Of a stretch of 64,000 bases of DNA, positions 37,804 through 47,868 are shown one piece after another. Origin of the DNA: Enterobacter phage EspM4VN; the sequence record LC373201.2. One strand, written 5' to 3'. Position numbers and translations under genes: made by a program. The notes under the pieces were generated by a model. It was not told the DNA's origin. It did no database searches and worked only from the letters and a program-made list of their open reading frames with translations. Numbering within the stretch: the stretch's first letter is position 1; every line of letters starts with the position of its first letter.

Positions 37804-39311
37804 ATGGCAGACATTCAGATTGTTAAGGTTAACGAAGTCCGCATGCGTTGCATCGCAGATCTTTCTATCAGGGAAGAACTGAATGACTACTTCAAATTCG
37901 AAGACCCGAACTTCGTTCCCAACCCTTCTCTAAATGGGACGGGGTTGTTCGCTTGTTTACCAAGTCATCCGGCCTGATCGATATCGGCCTACTGTTTGAG
38001 GTGTTCAAGTTCTGCAAGAACAACAAATACACCATCGAACTGGATCCGGCTCTGAAGTACATTCAGGACATCCCAGATGAAGAAATCCATGACTTCATCG
38101 ACAGCCTGCATCCAAAGATTCGCACCGAAAATCACGAATACATCGATGCCGAGACCCGTGACTATCAGTACGACACCATCGCCAAGGCTATGCGTCAAAC
38201 CAGATGCGTCTGTGAACTGGCTACGAGTGCTGGTAAGTCCTTTATTCTGTATGTCATGGCGCGGTACTACAGGCAGCGCAGAGAAGCTCTCGAAAGCCCT
38301 CTGAAGACGCTTATCGTGGTGCCGTCGATTCACCTGGTTACTCAGCTGTACGACAACTTTGAAGAGTATGCACACGGCAGTGATTGGAAGCCCGTTGTCA
38401 ACACTCAGCTGATCTATGAGGGTGCGACTAAACAGATCAGCAAGCCGATCGTCATCAGTACATGGCAGGGCATTCAAGACCAGCCGAAGGAATGGTTCCA
38501 TCAGTTCGGTGACATCGTGGTGGATGAAGTGCACACCTCCAAGTCTGAGAAGCTGTCCTACATCCTGAACAACTGCATCTATGCAGATCAGCGTCTGGGT
38601 GTTACGGGTACGCTGGCAAACACGAAGGTCGCAGGCCTGCAGGTCGTGGCCCACTTCGGGGCATACCACAAGATCATCACGGCTCGCGACCTTATCAATC
38701 TCGGGTATGCCACCGACATCAAGGTGAAGATGATCCAGCTGAAGCACACTTCAGCAGATGCAGTTGGTCTGGACGGGGATTATACCAAGGAAATAGAATA
38801 CCTTATTACACACCAATCCCGCAACGAACTGATCGCCAAGATGGCACTGAATCTGAAAGGGAACGTGGCGATCATGTTCGAGCGTATTGATGGCCACATG
38901 ATGGTCGTGTATGATATGCTGAGCGCAGTTAAGCCCAACGTGTTTGTCATCAACGGGGAAGTGAAGATCGAAGACCGCCGCCGCATACAGAAAGCGATGG
39001 AGGATGGAGAAGATATCACCCTGTTGGCTTCATATGGGACAATGCAGCAGGGTGTGTCAATCAAGAAGTTACATCACCTTGTGCTGGCGCACCCGAGCAA
39101 GTCGTATATCCGCGTCATACAGACATTGGGTCGTCTGATGCGTCAGCACTCCTCTAAGGACGTCGCATGGATATGGGATTTAGTGGATGATGTGTCTTAC
39201 AACGCAAGCACGAACCACGCTATCAGGCACTCTCATGAGCGTTACAAGTTCTACCTGACAGAGCGCCACCCTGTGGAGTTCATGAAGGTGGCGCTGGGTA
39301 ATCACGATTGA
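37804..39311 (+). CDS. uvsW: UvsW-type DExH helicase (T4 UvsW homologue); frame broken by an apparent 1-nt deletion near 37926-37935
   Basis: Frame 1 encodes MADIQIVKVNEVRMRCIADLSIREELNDYFKFEDPNFVPNP, which aligns with T4 UvsW MDIKVHFHDFSHVRIDCEESTFHELRDFFSFEADGYRFNP. The -1 frame continues ...KWDGVVRLF ... FKFCKNNKYTIELD, which aligns with NWDGRIRLL ... KKFCDNFGYKAWID. After that come the Q-motif DYQ, Walker-A ATSAGKS, VVDEVH, TWQGIQDQPKEWFHQFG, and KKLHHLVLAHPSKS ... WDLVDD, all UvsW-like. Confidence 0.8.
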
Positions 39312-39679
39312 TCTTGATTCACATAGGCGGGGGTGGCCTCGCCTTCATCAGTTACTGCACCGAACAATTTGTCTAGAGAAGCCAGACACTGTGCGTTCAG
39401 GTGTTCACTGATCGTATCCTTCAGCATTTGTTCACTACCCAATTTGAATGGCAGCACCTTCGCTTCGATACCGTTTTCAAACGTCACGACAGCGACATAC
39501 AGACCAACTTTCAGGCCTGCCATCAGACCTAGAGGGAAGAAGCGCGGCTCCGATGGTAAGTTCTTGTCTGACGCCAGCTGTGCCAGATAAACTGGGGTGC
39601 CTGTGACAAATTGCCCTGCGGTGAGGATGGCGTCTGGCTTGCTGCATCCCACCGCATATAATCCTACGAACTGTTTCAT
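39302..39679 (-). CDS. hypothetical protein (125 aa) on the opposite strand, read from the AT-rich intergenic region
   Basis: GAGAG RBS upstream of the minus-strand ATG at 39679. The gene is convergent with uvsW. Confidence 0.4.
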   Translation of the reverse strand: MKQFVGLYAVGCSKPDAILTAGQFVTGTPVYLAQLASDKNLPSEPRFFPLGLMAGLKVGLYVAVVTFENGIEAKVLPFKLGSEQMLKDTISEHLNAQCLASLDKLFGAVTDEGEATPAYVNQDQS

Positions 39680-40023
39680 ATATTACTCTCGTGTGTTGGT
39701 TAACCTGACATACATATTATTTCGCGTGCATGTTTAGACCAAATTAAATTAATTTTGCTGTTGAATAAAAACTGCTTTCCTGTTGAACAAATGGCGTGGT
39801 ATTATACGAGTTGTGAGTGTTAACGAGCAACGAGTATTAGCAGTTATGAGCGAAGCGAATAGGATTAATAAAGATTATTATCTTTAATAAAGTCCATAAA
39901 TGCCGAAGGCATTTATTAATAACGCGTAGCGTAATTTGCCACTTGTTCTATAAGCACAACACAGCGATACTAGATTGCGTCAAACATGACTTGAACCCCA
40001 CTATATTTTGAGGATACATACAA
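39680..40023. promoter_or_regulatory. 344-bp AT-rich divergent intergenic region with sigma70-like hexamers and palindromes; probable early promoter region
   Basis: Contains TTGAAT ... TTGAAC ... TATTAT/TATACG hexamers, TTGAAC ... CTATAT before gene 45, and a perfect hairpin ATAAATGCC-GAA-GGCATTTAT (39897-39917). AAAGAT-TATT-ATCTTT and a direct repeat TTAATAAAG occur at 39873-39902. Confidence 0.4.
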
Positions 40024-40692
40024 ATGCAAGAGATCACTCTCTCCGAACGTACACTTCAGTTGCTGGCCAACTTTGAGACCATCAACCCGTCAATCGTTCT
40101 GACACCGGGTAAGATGCTGCGCAGCATTAACGATTCGTCTACTGTAATCGCCGTGGCGCAGATCGAAGAAGACTTCCCGTTTGAGTTTCCGATCCTGGAC
40201 CTGACAAAGCTGCTGGCCATCCAGCGCCTGCCTTCCTTCAAAGGCGGTAAAGCCGAATTCCATCAGGACTACATCCTGCTGAAAGGTGAAAGCTCCCAGC
40301 TGCAGTTCTGGCGTTCTGCTAAAGAACTCACTGTTGTTCCGGCTGACACTATTGAACTGCCGTCTGTCGACTTTGAAGCGATTATCACTCCAGAAAAGAT
40401 GAAAGAACTGACCCGCGCCTGTTCTACCCTCGGCCACAAGACTGTACGCCTTGTTGCTCAGGGTGGCAAAACCCGCCTGGTTGCGACCACCACTACACTG
40501 GATAACTCCAACAACTACACCGTTGAGCTGGGTGAAACCGCGCTGCCGGACTTCGTAATGCCGCTGGATGTTGCGAACCTGAAGATGATCGAAGGCAACT
40601 ACACTCTGCGTGCCTGCGCTGAACTGCAGATGGTGAACTTCCAGTCCTCCGACGCGACGATCAATTACTTCGTCGGCGCACAGATTGAGTAA
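40024..40692 (+). CDS. gp45: sliding clamp, T4 gp45 homologue
   Basis: 222 aa. The N-terminal LLANFETINPSIVL aligns with T4 gp45 LLKNFATINSGIML. The two-domain clamp length and the position upstream of gp44/62 both fit. Confidence 0.75.
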   Translation: MQEITLSERTLQLLANFETINPSIVLTPGKMLRSINDSSTVIAVAQIEEDFPFEFPILDLTKLLAIQRLPSFKGGKAEFHQDYILLKGESSQLQFWRSAKELTVVPADTIELPSVDFEAIITPEKMKELTRACSTLGHKTVRLVAQGGKTRLVATTTTLDNSNNYTVELGETALPDFVMPLDVANLKMIEGNYTLRACAELQMVNFQSSDATINYFVGAQIE

Positions 40693-40771
40693 TCAATCTC
40701 CAGCCTGATGCTATAATGTGTGGGCGGGGCTTTCCTGCCCATTTGAAATGATTCTTCTACAAGAGGCTGAA

Positions 40772-41761
40772 ATGTCTAATATCACTATCGTTTCCGACCA
40801 GTACGCATGGGAAAACAAATACCGCCCCGACAACCTGGATGAGATCATCATCCCTCAGGACGTCCGCGCCAAAATCCATGGCTACATTACCAGCGGCAAC
40901 GGCAACATCCCGTCTATGCTGTTCTACTCCCCTGGACCTGGTACTGGCAAGACCACTTCTGCTCTGGCCGTGTGTAATGAAATCGGCTGTAAGCAACCTC
41001 TGTTGATCAACGCATCCCTAGACAACAGCATCGATGTGATCCGTGATCGTGTGATTCAGTATTCTACTGGTGTGAGCGTATTCGGCGGTCGCAAAGTCGT
41101 TATCCTCGACGAAGTAGAGCGTCTGTCTATGGCAGCACAGGAGTCGCTGAAGGGTATCGTGGAGAAGGTCTCCAAGAACTGTTCATTCATCCTGACCACC
41201 AACGCCAAGCAACGCGTGAACGAACCTCTGCGCTCTCGTTGCCGTGAAATCGACTTTATCTGGAACGAGCAGGAAGCACTGGAAGTTCAGAACAAGTTCT
41301 GCCTGCGTTGCGTTGAAATCCTCCGCGCCGAAGGTGTTGAGTTCGTTCCTCAGGTGTTGGCCGCCATCGTCAAGCGCAACTTCCCTGACAACCGCCGCAT
41401 CATGGGTGCCCTGCAAGACAACGTCACCACCTACGGCAAGATTGATGAACGCGCTCTGGCTGTCCTGAAAGCTGCCGACCTCGGTACTCTGGTCAGTATG
41501 CTGAAATCCAATGACTGGGCTGGCATGAAGCAGTGGGTGACCGACAACCAGAACTACATCACTGAAGACTTCTATTCCCGCTTCTTCCAGTTCTGTGTAC
41601 CACAGGACAAAGAGAAGTCGATGGCTGTGCAATCCGAGTCTATTCCTGATCTGGTGTGCGTGTGTGGTCAGTCTCAAATTGAGCACCGTCAGGTCGGGGA
41701 CGTATGGCTGCATGCCGTGTACTTCCTGACCAACATCATGCTCAACATCAAGTGGAAGTGA
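40772..41761 (+). CDS. gp44: clamp loader large subunit (AAA+), T4 gp44 homologue
   Basis: Walker-A FYSPGPGTGKTTSA, DEVE Walker-B and SRC-type arginine finger LRSRC. Start taken at ATG 40772 (MSNITIV) with a GAGGCTGAA RBS. Confidence 0.8.
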   Translation: MSNITIVSDQYAWENKYRPDNLDEIIIPQDVRAKIHGYITSGNGNIPSMLFYSPGPGTGKTTSALAVCNEIGCKQPLLINASLDNSIDVIRDRVIQYSTGVSVFGGRKVVILDEVERLSMAAQESLKGIVEKVSKNCSFILTTNAKQRVNEPLRSRCREIDFIWNEQEALEVQNKFCLRCVEILRAEGVEFVPQVLAAIVKRNFPDNRRIMGALQDNVTTYGKIDERALAVLKAADLGTLVSMLKSNDWAGMKQWVTDNQNYITEDFYSRFFQFCVPQDKEKSMAVQSESIPDLVCVCGQSQIEHRQVGDVWLHAVYFLTNIMLNIKWK

Positions 41762-41765
41762 TACT

Positions 41766-42188
41766 ATGGCCGCTCCTGGATTGTTCGATTATCTGTCTGC
41801 CCTGAACAGCAGCAAAGAGAACCTTCTGCAAACCGATGATCCGGAAGTGCTGAAGGGGTTCGACCCGTTCATGACGCGGCGTGGTCTCGCTCAGAGCAAA
41901 GACACTCTGGTGTTCGCTCAGCAAATGAACAAGCTGCATGCCATCACTCCATGGATGCAATGGTCATACGCCTTTCATTCCATTCCGGCGCGGAAACGCT
42001 ACGACAAATGGTCTAAGAAAGGTCCGATCGATCCTGACGTGAAGTTACTCTCTGAGTACTTCTACATCAGCATGGAGAAGGCATCCGAGTACGTCCGTTT
42101 CTTGCCGAAGGAAGTCCTGGCCGAGATACGTGAGAAGATGGGACGTACTGAGCTGAACGCCAAAGCGAAACCGCGCAAGGCTAAGTAG
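41766..42188 (+). CDS. gp62: clamp loader small subunit (T4 gp62 position)
   Basis: 140 aa, directly downstream of gp44. Assigned by synteny. Confidence 0.5.
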   Translation: MAAPGLFDYLSALNSSKENLLQTDDPEVLKGFDPFMTRRGLAQSKDTLVFAQQMNKLHAITPWMQWSYAFHSIPARKRYDKWSKKGPIDPDVKLLSEYFYISMEKASEYVRFLPKEVLAEIREKMGRTELNAKAKPRKAK

Positions 42189-42217
42189 TTCAAACTATTG
42201 TAAAAGGGGAATGAGTC

Positions 42218-42682
42218 ATGGCGCGCAATACGCTAGACATATTGAACATTTCAGCCGTCAACGATGAGGCCAGCATCGTTGATTGTATGGTTGAAGTTCA
42301 ATTGAACCAAGATCGGCCAGGGATCTTCCTGGGGATCAAGGAAACACTGAGCCGAATTGGGGTAAACACGCGCCAAGAGCCGAATACTCTGTATCAGACT
42401 TGCCATATCCTCCATAAGTACGGCAAGTATTATATCGTTCACTTCAAGCATTTGTTCATGCTGGACGGCCATTACAACGGCTTCAACCGTGAGGACATCC
42501 TGCGGATGAACCGTATCATCAAGCTGCTTGAGCAGTGGAACATGGTGAAGGTCATTCATCCCGAGCAGGTCACCGAAGCCGCCGATATGTCACGCATCAA
42601 AGTGGTCAAACACGATCAGGTTCCCGAATGGAAACTGGTCCCAAAATACATTATCCGGCCTACAAAGGCCAAAAGCGAATAA
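42218..42682 (+). CDS. regA: translational repressor RegA
   Basis: LYQTCHILHKYGKYYIVHFKHLFMLDG ... VPEWKLVPKYIIR aligns with T4 RegA LYQSCHILQKKGLYYIVHFKEMLRMDG ... KHEWKLVPKYTIG. Confidence 0.85.
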   Translation: MARNTLDILNISAVNDEASIVDCMVEVQLNQDRPGIFLGIKETLSRIGVNTRQEPNTLYQTCHILHKYGKYYIVHFKHLFMLDGHYNGFNREDILRMNRIIKLLEQWNMVKVIHPEQVTEAADMSRIKVVKHDQVPEWKLVPKYIIRPTKAKSE

Positions 42683-42698
42683 CTGGAGTCGCTAAATC

Positions 42699-43562
42699 AT
42701 GACAACTACATTTTCTAAGAACGTGAATCTGAATCTGGCTTTCGGTAATGCAAAGGGCGATGTGACGTCGCCCGACTTCACTAAGATCCGCAACCAGGCC
42801 AAACTGGTACTGGAAGAAACTCGTGAACTGCTGGAAGCGGCTTATTTTGACCACGATGTAAAAATCGAGTTCACTGCTATTCCTCGCGAAGCCGCTGTAG
42901 TGGACATCAAAGATGTTATGCGACAAATCCTGGACGCCCAGGGTGACATCACCACTGTAAACGACGGCGTGGCGCACATTGCTGGTTTCGACGGCGACGA
43001 GTGCTTACAGCGCGTGTATGCCTCCAACATGAGCAAGTTCGTCCGCAGTAAAGATGAAGTTGTGCCAGCGCTGGACTACTATTACAACAAAGGCTTCCCA
43101 CGTGAAAGCCTGCGTATCGAAGGTGAATTCCCTCAGGCCTGCATCAAGGTGGTGGACACGATCACCGTTGACGGCAAAGAGTATCCAGCAGGTAAGTTCC
43201 TGAAGAACATGGCCACTTTCAAAGAGCCTGACTTCAGTGATATGCTGACCGCCGAGCCTAAGCGCCAGATCACCGAAATCATCGTGACGGGCACTGCCAC
43301 TGCGGGTCGAATGGGCATGAACGAATCCATGGGCGTTGCATACGCACCTTTCGATTTCCCAGAAGAGATCCTTCGGTACGCCGAGATGGGCTTCCAGGCG
43401 TATTCTGGGGAAGCGCTGGAGAGTTACATCCCTGTGTTTGAGCTGAACGAAGTAAACTTCCCGACTCTGCCTCTCCTGTGGGGTACGTGGAAAGCCAACA
43501 TCCGCGTTTACGTTTCCAGCCCAGTGCAATCTTCAATCACCCAGCTGACCCGTATCGATTAA
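42699..43562 (+). CDS. hypothetical protein (287 aa); N-terminal EExxELxEA-like motif reminiscent of all-alpha NTP pyrophosphatases (unconfirmed)
   Basis: AKLVLEETRELLEAAYFDHD. A role in nucleotide metabolism is only a guess. Confidence 0.35.
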   Translation: MTTTFSKNVNLNLAFGNAKGDVTSPDFTKIRNQAKLVLEETRELLEAAYFDHDVKIEFTAIPREAAVVDIKDVMRQILDAQGDITTVNDGVAHIAGFDGDECLQRVYASNMSKFVRSKDEVVPALDYYYNKGFPRESLRIEGEFPQACIKVVDTITVDGKEYPAGKFLKNMATFKEPDFSDMLTAEPKRQITEIIVTGTATAGRMGMNESMGVAYAPFDFPEEILRYAEMGFQAYSGEALESYIPVFELNEVNFPTLPLLWGTWKANIRVYVSSPVQSSITQLTRID

Positions 43563-43630
43563 GATATCCGGTTATTCACTAAACAACAGAGGCTATAATG
43601 GCCTCTGTTTTCGTATTCTAAGAGGATACC

Positions 43631-44845
43631 ATGAAAGATAAAGCCCTGGACGTCCCGTACTGCGGTGTCCGTGAAGACAAGATAAAGTCGGCCAAACCGG
43701 TTCTCAGTCCGACCCATACCCGCCTGTCTTATGACTGGATGAGCGAGCGTTATAAGATCCACGTTCGAAAGGACGTCCAGCGTCTTCCTGCTCCTTGGAC
43801 TAACAATCCTATACTACGGCAGGTCAAGTTCTGTAACGTCCGGAGAGAGCACGACAGGCAGTCTCTCAACCTGATCAATAACATTGTCAAGAACGATGCT
43901 CTGGGCATGGCAGACAAGATGTTCAACTGCGTTCTGTTCCGCATGTTCAATCTCTGGGATCCGATTCAGGCTATCGGCGGCGCGATGACGATCAACGATT
44001 TCGCCAAGATTAATCTTGACGCAACCCGTGAACGTCTGCAGAAATTCGAGGCTGACGGTGGTAAGGTATTCACCAATGCCTTCAACACAGGCGGCCTGAA
44101 GCAATGCCTGGCTTTCCCTGAGCTGGTTGTCAACCACAAGGAGCAGCGCTTCGGTGGGATGATGGTGAAAGTGTATCGCGTTGGTCAGGGTATCGTTGAC
44201 GAGATGGATTACAAGGTCGCCAAAAAGCTCGCCGAAGAGAATCCTGGTGAGTACACCATCGAAGGATGGGAACCGTACATGCCAATGCGTGTCATCCGTT
44301 CCCTGAAGGCATTCGTCAACAAGTATCCAAATTACTTCCATGACCTGCTGCGCCTTGATACTCCTTTGGAAGTATACCAGCGCATGTATGACGACATCGA
44401 AGGGCTTGGTCCATTCTTGGCCTATCAGATCTGGGTTGATTTCACGTACATGCCTGGTTATCCTTTCAGCGAGAACCACTTCACGATCGCCGGACCAGGC
44501 TGTCGCGCAGGCATCGATCTGCTGTTCCTGAACAAAGACGGCATGACTCACGAAGAATGCATCTTCTGGTTGCGGGACAATCAGGACGCAGTGTACTCCC
44601 AATATGGGTATGTTCGCGAGCAATTCTGGTCGGCCGAAGAGCCTGTAGACCAATGCATGAACGTCATGCAGCTGGAGAACATGTTCTGTGAACTGAGCAA
44701 GTACACGCGCTGTGTTGAGGCCGTCGGGCGTGGTGAAAAACCTCGGGGCAAAGTCGGTTACAACGGCGGGGAAGTACATGTGTCGCCGCCAAAGACGCAT
44801 GTACTCTCCGTCAATCTACTCAACCGTTTGAAGAAACCTGAATAA
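43631..44845 (+). CDS. hypothetical protein (404 aa)
   Basis: GAGGATACC ATG. No motif I can assign with confidence. Confidence 0.45.
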   Translation: MKDKALDVPYCGVREDKIKSAKPVLSPTHTRLSYDWMSERYKIHVRKDVQRLPAPWTNNPILRQVKFCNVRREHDRQSLNLINNIVKNDALGMADKMFNCVLFRMFNLWDPIQAIGGAMTINDFAKINLDATRERLQKFEADGGKVFTNAFNTGGLKQCLAFPELVVNHKEQRFGGMMVKVYRVGQGIVDEMDYKVAKKLAEENPGEYTIEGWEPYMPMRVIRSLKAFVNKYPNYFHDLLRLDTPLEVYQRMYDDIEGLGPFLAYQIWVDFTYMPGYPFSENHFTIAGPGCRAGIDLLFLNKDGMTHEECIFWLRDNQDAVYSQYGYVREQFWSAEEPVDQCMNVMQLENMFCELSKYTRCVEAVGRGEKPRGKVGYNGGEVHVSPPKTHVLSVNLLNRLKKPE

Positions 44846-44960
44846 AGATTCCCTTTACTTCATTCTTCAATAACTCTTTTCAACGTATTATTGACCTCAC
44901 TTAAACGAAGCGCCCTAGCAAACGGGGCGCACATTTGAACTGAAACAGGAAGACTACATC

Positions 44961-46991
44961 ATGTCAGAATTTAAGCCCTTCGCAGTAGCTGTTAACAATA
45001 ACGTGCTGGCCATGTCGGCAACTGGTCTGTTCATGACCAATATCGATAAAGATGCTCTGTGGGATCTGTATCTGTCTTCTTTCCCTGCTGGTACCAACCC
45101 GCTTTACCGTGAGCGTACCGAGCACGACTGCACCTGCTGCAAACAATTCATCCGTAACATCGGCGGTGTGGTGACCATCACCCCTGATTACGAAATGATT
45201 ACTATCTGGGACGGTATTCAGCTGGGTAACGAATACGATGTTGTCGCTGCGGCGCTGTCTGCGTATGTTAAGCAGCACGCAATCGTCGACGTGTACTTCA
45301 ACGACACCAAGAAAGTCGGTGTTGAGTCGAATCACGAAATGAAAGACGGCAACGTCCGCACGTACAATCACTTCCACACCGACCTGCTCAGCAAATTCGT
45401 TTTGCGCGGCGACGACATTGCTTCTAAGAAGGGTGAAATCCGCCAGGCTGTAGAAGTATTTCGTCGCTCGGCTGAAGAATTGACTCTGGAGTCGGTTGAA
45501 ATCGTTCTGGAACTCATTGATCAGAATTCTCTGTACCGTGGCGACGAACACAAGCACACGGTCAAGAACTTCTTTGATTTCAAACGTAAACTGTTCCCTC
45601 GCGTTCAGCAAATGCCAGAAGCGCAGAAATCTATGTTCTACTGGTACGAAGGTACTCGTGAAAACGTGGCTCGTTCCTTGGGTATCCGAAACACTGTCAT
45701 CGGTACGTTGCTGCAAGATCTGTCAGAAGGCCGCGACCTGGAAACCGCCGTCAAGTCTTTCGAAGCCAAAGTCGCTCCGACGAACTACAAGCGCCCAACC
45801 GCGCTGGTCACGAAGTCCATGATCGAAAATGCGCAGAAAGAAGTTGAAGCGCTGGGGCTGACTGATTCGCTCGGCCGCCGTTATGCTGTGTATGACGACC
45901 TGACCATCAACAACGTCCTGTTCGCCGATCTGGCGGCTCAGAAGAAGATGGACCCGTTTGCTCAGCTGGCGTCTGAAGTGAAGACTCCGACCAAGTCCCT
46001 AGATAAGGTTGAAGAGATCACGATCGACGACTTCCTGGCCAATGTGCTGCCGAAAGCGCACTCAATGGAAGTGCTGGTTGAGAACTCTCATACTGGCAAC
46101 CTGATGTCTCTGATCGCTCCGGCTACCGCAGGCGCTCCTAACCTGTTCAAGTGGAACAACGGCTTCAGCTGGTCGTACAATGGCGAAGTGGCCGACTCCA
46201 TCAAAGAGCGTGTGAAGACAGCAGGCGGTAACGTCGACGGTTTCCTCCGTGTGTCGCTGGCGTGGCATAACAACGACGACCTGGACCTGAGCATGAACGA
46301 TCCGCTGCACAATCATGTGTATTACCACAACCGTCGTTCGGCAACTGGCGCAACCCTGGATATCGACATGAACGGTATGGACGGTATTGATCCAAACCGC
46401 CGTCCGGTTGAGAACATCTTCTTTAGCGATGAGCGCCGACTGCGTGATGGGGAATATAAATTCTATGTCACCAACTTTAGACAGCGCGAAACCTGTGATG
46501 CGGGCTTCGAAATCGAAGTCGAATACAAAGGTCAGACCAAGCGTTATTCGCATCCTGTTATGAAGGACAAAGATCGCATTCTGGCTGTTGTGATTGATGT
46601 CCGTGCTGGTCAGGTAGTGGATATTCGTTCAGACCTGAAAGACGATGCTCGCTCTCAGGAAATCTGGGGTATCAAGACTGCCGTCTTCCAGAAGGTGCAG
46701 CTGGTTCTGAACTCACCAAACCATTGGGACGGCGAGCAGACAGGCAACAAGCACGTGTTCTTCATCCTGGAAGGTTGTGCTAACCCTGTCGGCACCCGTG
46801 GCTTCTACAACGAGTATCTGAAGCCGGAACTGGATAAACACCGCAAGGTTTTTGAAATGTTAGGCGGTAAGATTAAGGTACAGCCAAGCACTGAGCAGCT
46901 GTCCGGTCTGGGCTTCTCCACCACCCAACGCAACCACGTGTTCGTGAAGGTGAGCGGCTCGTTCAACCGCACTGTGAAAGTTGTGTTCTAA
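44961..46991 (+). CDS. hypothetical protein (676 aa)
   Basis: Long ORF with a GGAAGACTACATC ATG start. It contains Cys/His-rich segments (HDCTCCKQF ... LHNHVYYHNRR). Confidence 0.45.
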   Translation: MSEFKPFAVAVNNNVLAMSATGLFMTNIDKDALWDLYLSSFPAGTNPLYRERTEHDCTCCKQFIRNIGGVVTITPDYEMITIWDGIQLGNEYDVVAAALSAYVKQHAIVDVYFNDTKKVGVESNHEMKDGNVRTYNHFHTDLLSKFVLRGDDIASKKGEIRQAVEVFRRSAEELTLESVEIVLELIDQNSLYRGDEHKHTVKNFFDFKRKLFPRVQQMPEAQKSMFYWYEGTRENVARSLGIRNTVIGTLLQDLSEGRDLETAVKSFEAKVAPTNYKRPTALVTKSMIENAQKEVEALGLTDSLGRRYAVYDDLTINNVLFADLAAQKKMDPFAQLASEVKTPTKSLDKVEEITIDDFLANVLPKAHSMEVLVENSHTGNLMSLIAPATAGAPNLFKWNNGFSWSYNGEVADSIKERVKTAGGNVDGFLRVSLAWHNNDDLDLSMNDPLHNHVYYHNRRSATGATLDIDMNGMDGIDPNRRPVENIFFSDERRLRDGEYKFYVTNFRQRETCDAGFEIEVEYKGQTKRYSHPVMKDKDRILAVVIDVRAGQVVDIRSDLKDDARSQEIWGIKTAVFQKVQLVLNSPNHWDGEQTGNKHVFFILEGCANPVGTRGFYNEYLKPELDKHRKVFEMLGGKIKVQPSTEQLSGLGFSTTQRNHVFVKVSGSFNRTVKVVF

Positions 46992-47035
46992 ACCTGATTT
47001 GAAACTGTAACCCATTCATCATTGAGGATAGTAAA

Positions 47036-47407
47036 ATGTTTGATAAAGCAACCCGTCTGAAACTGCGCTTCGAGTCTAACAAAGGTCTGCTGTCTGTTGA
47101 GCAGGTTTGGGACCTGAGCCTGACCGCTCTGAACGAAATGGCGAAAAGCCTGAGCCGTCAGGTGAAGGCAGCGGAAACCGATGAAGAAGATTTCATCGGC
47201 ACCAAAAGCAACGTTGACTCCGAACTGCAGCTGCGCTTCGACGTTGTCAAGCACATCATCGGCGTTAAGCTGAAAGAGCGTGACGACAGCAAAGACGCGG
47301 CAGAGCGTAAGGCGAACAACCAGGTTATCCTGGAACTGATCCAGCGTAAGAAACAGCAGGAGCTGGAAGGCAAATCTGTTGAAGAACTGGAAGCGCTGCT
47401 GAAATAA
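47036..47407 (+). CDS. hypothetical protein (123 aa), charged and helical
   Basis: GAGGATAGTAAA ATG. Followed by a terminator. Confidence 0.4.
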   Translation: MFDKATRLKLRFESNKGLLSVEQVWDLSLTALNEMAKSLSRQVKAAETDEEDFIGTKSNVDSELQLRFDVVKHIIGVKLKERDDSKDAAERKANNQVILELIQRKKQQELEGKSVEELEALLK

Positions 47408-47428
47408 CCTGTCGGCCTCGGCCTGAGC

Positions 47429-47456
47429 AACCCCGCCATGTGCGGGGTTTCTTTTG
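47429..47456 (+). terminator. intrinsic terminator (AACCCCGC-CATGT-GCGGGGTT, then TCTTTTGG)
   Basis: 8-bp GC stem and a U-run. Confidence 0.75.
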
Positions 47457-47466
47457 GACAAAGAAT

Positions 47467-47868
47467 ATGAAACCTGTCATCTGTGATTACTGCGGCCTCC
47501 CAGCCGAATTCGTCGGTGGTGATGTTCTCTACCCTCATCGCCCTGACCTTCGCAATCTGAAGTTCTGGGTTTGTACCCCATGTGACGCTCGTGTCGGTTG
47601 TCATACCCATGGCGACGGTAGACAGCCTCTGGGAAGGATGGCGAATGCCGCTCTCCGTGCCGAGAAGCAAAATGCCCATAGATCGTTTGACCCACTGTGG
47701 AAAAGCGGAGAAAGGAGCAGGAGCGACGCTTACAGTTGGCTGGCGCATAAGCTGGGGATCAAGAAGCGCGATTGCCATATCGGCTTGTTCGATATCGACA
47801 TGTGCCGTAAAGTAGTTGCTGTATGCAACCAATTACGGGAAACACAGAATGGCAACCATCAATCGTAA
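47467..47868 (+). CDS. small Cys-rich (zinc-finger-like) protein
   Basis: CDYCG ... CTPCDARVGCH. The start may instead be GTG 47440. Confidence 0.35.
   Translation: MKPVICDYCGLPAEFVGGDVLYPHRPDLRNLKFWVCTPCDARVGCHTHGDGRQPLGRMANAALRAEKQNAHRSFDPLWKSGERSRSDAYSWLAHKLGIKKRDCHIGLFDIDMCRKVVAVCNQLRETQNGNHQS

Noticed and set aside
39961-40023. A clean sigma70 promoter for gene 45 (TTGAAC ... TATATT)
   Set aside because: The hexamer spacing does not fit 16-18 bp for any pairing I tried. I kept it only as part of the AT-rich control region.
42690-42697. GCTAAATC immediately before the 42699 gene as a late promoter
   Set aside because: It ends 1 nt before the ATG and overlaps the stop of regA, too close to serve as a promoter for that gene.
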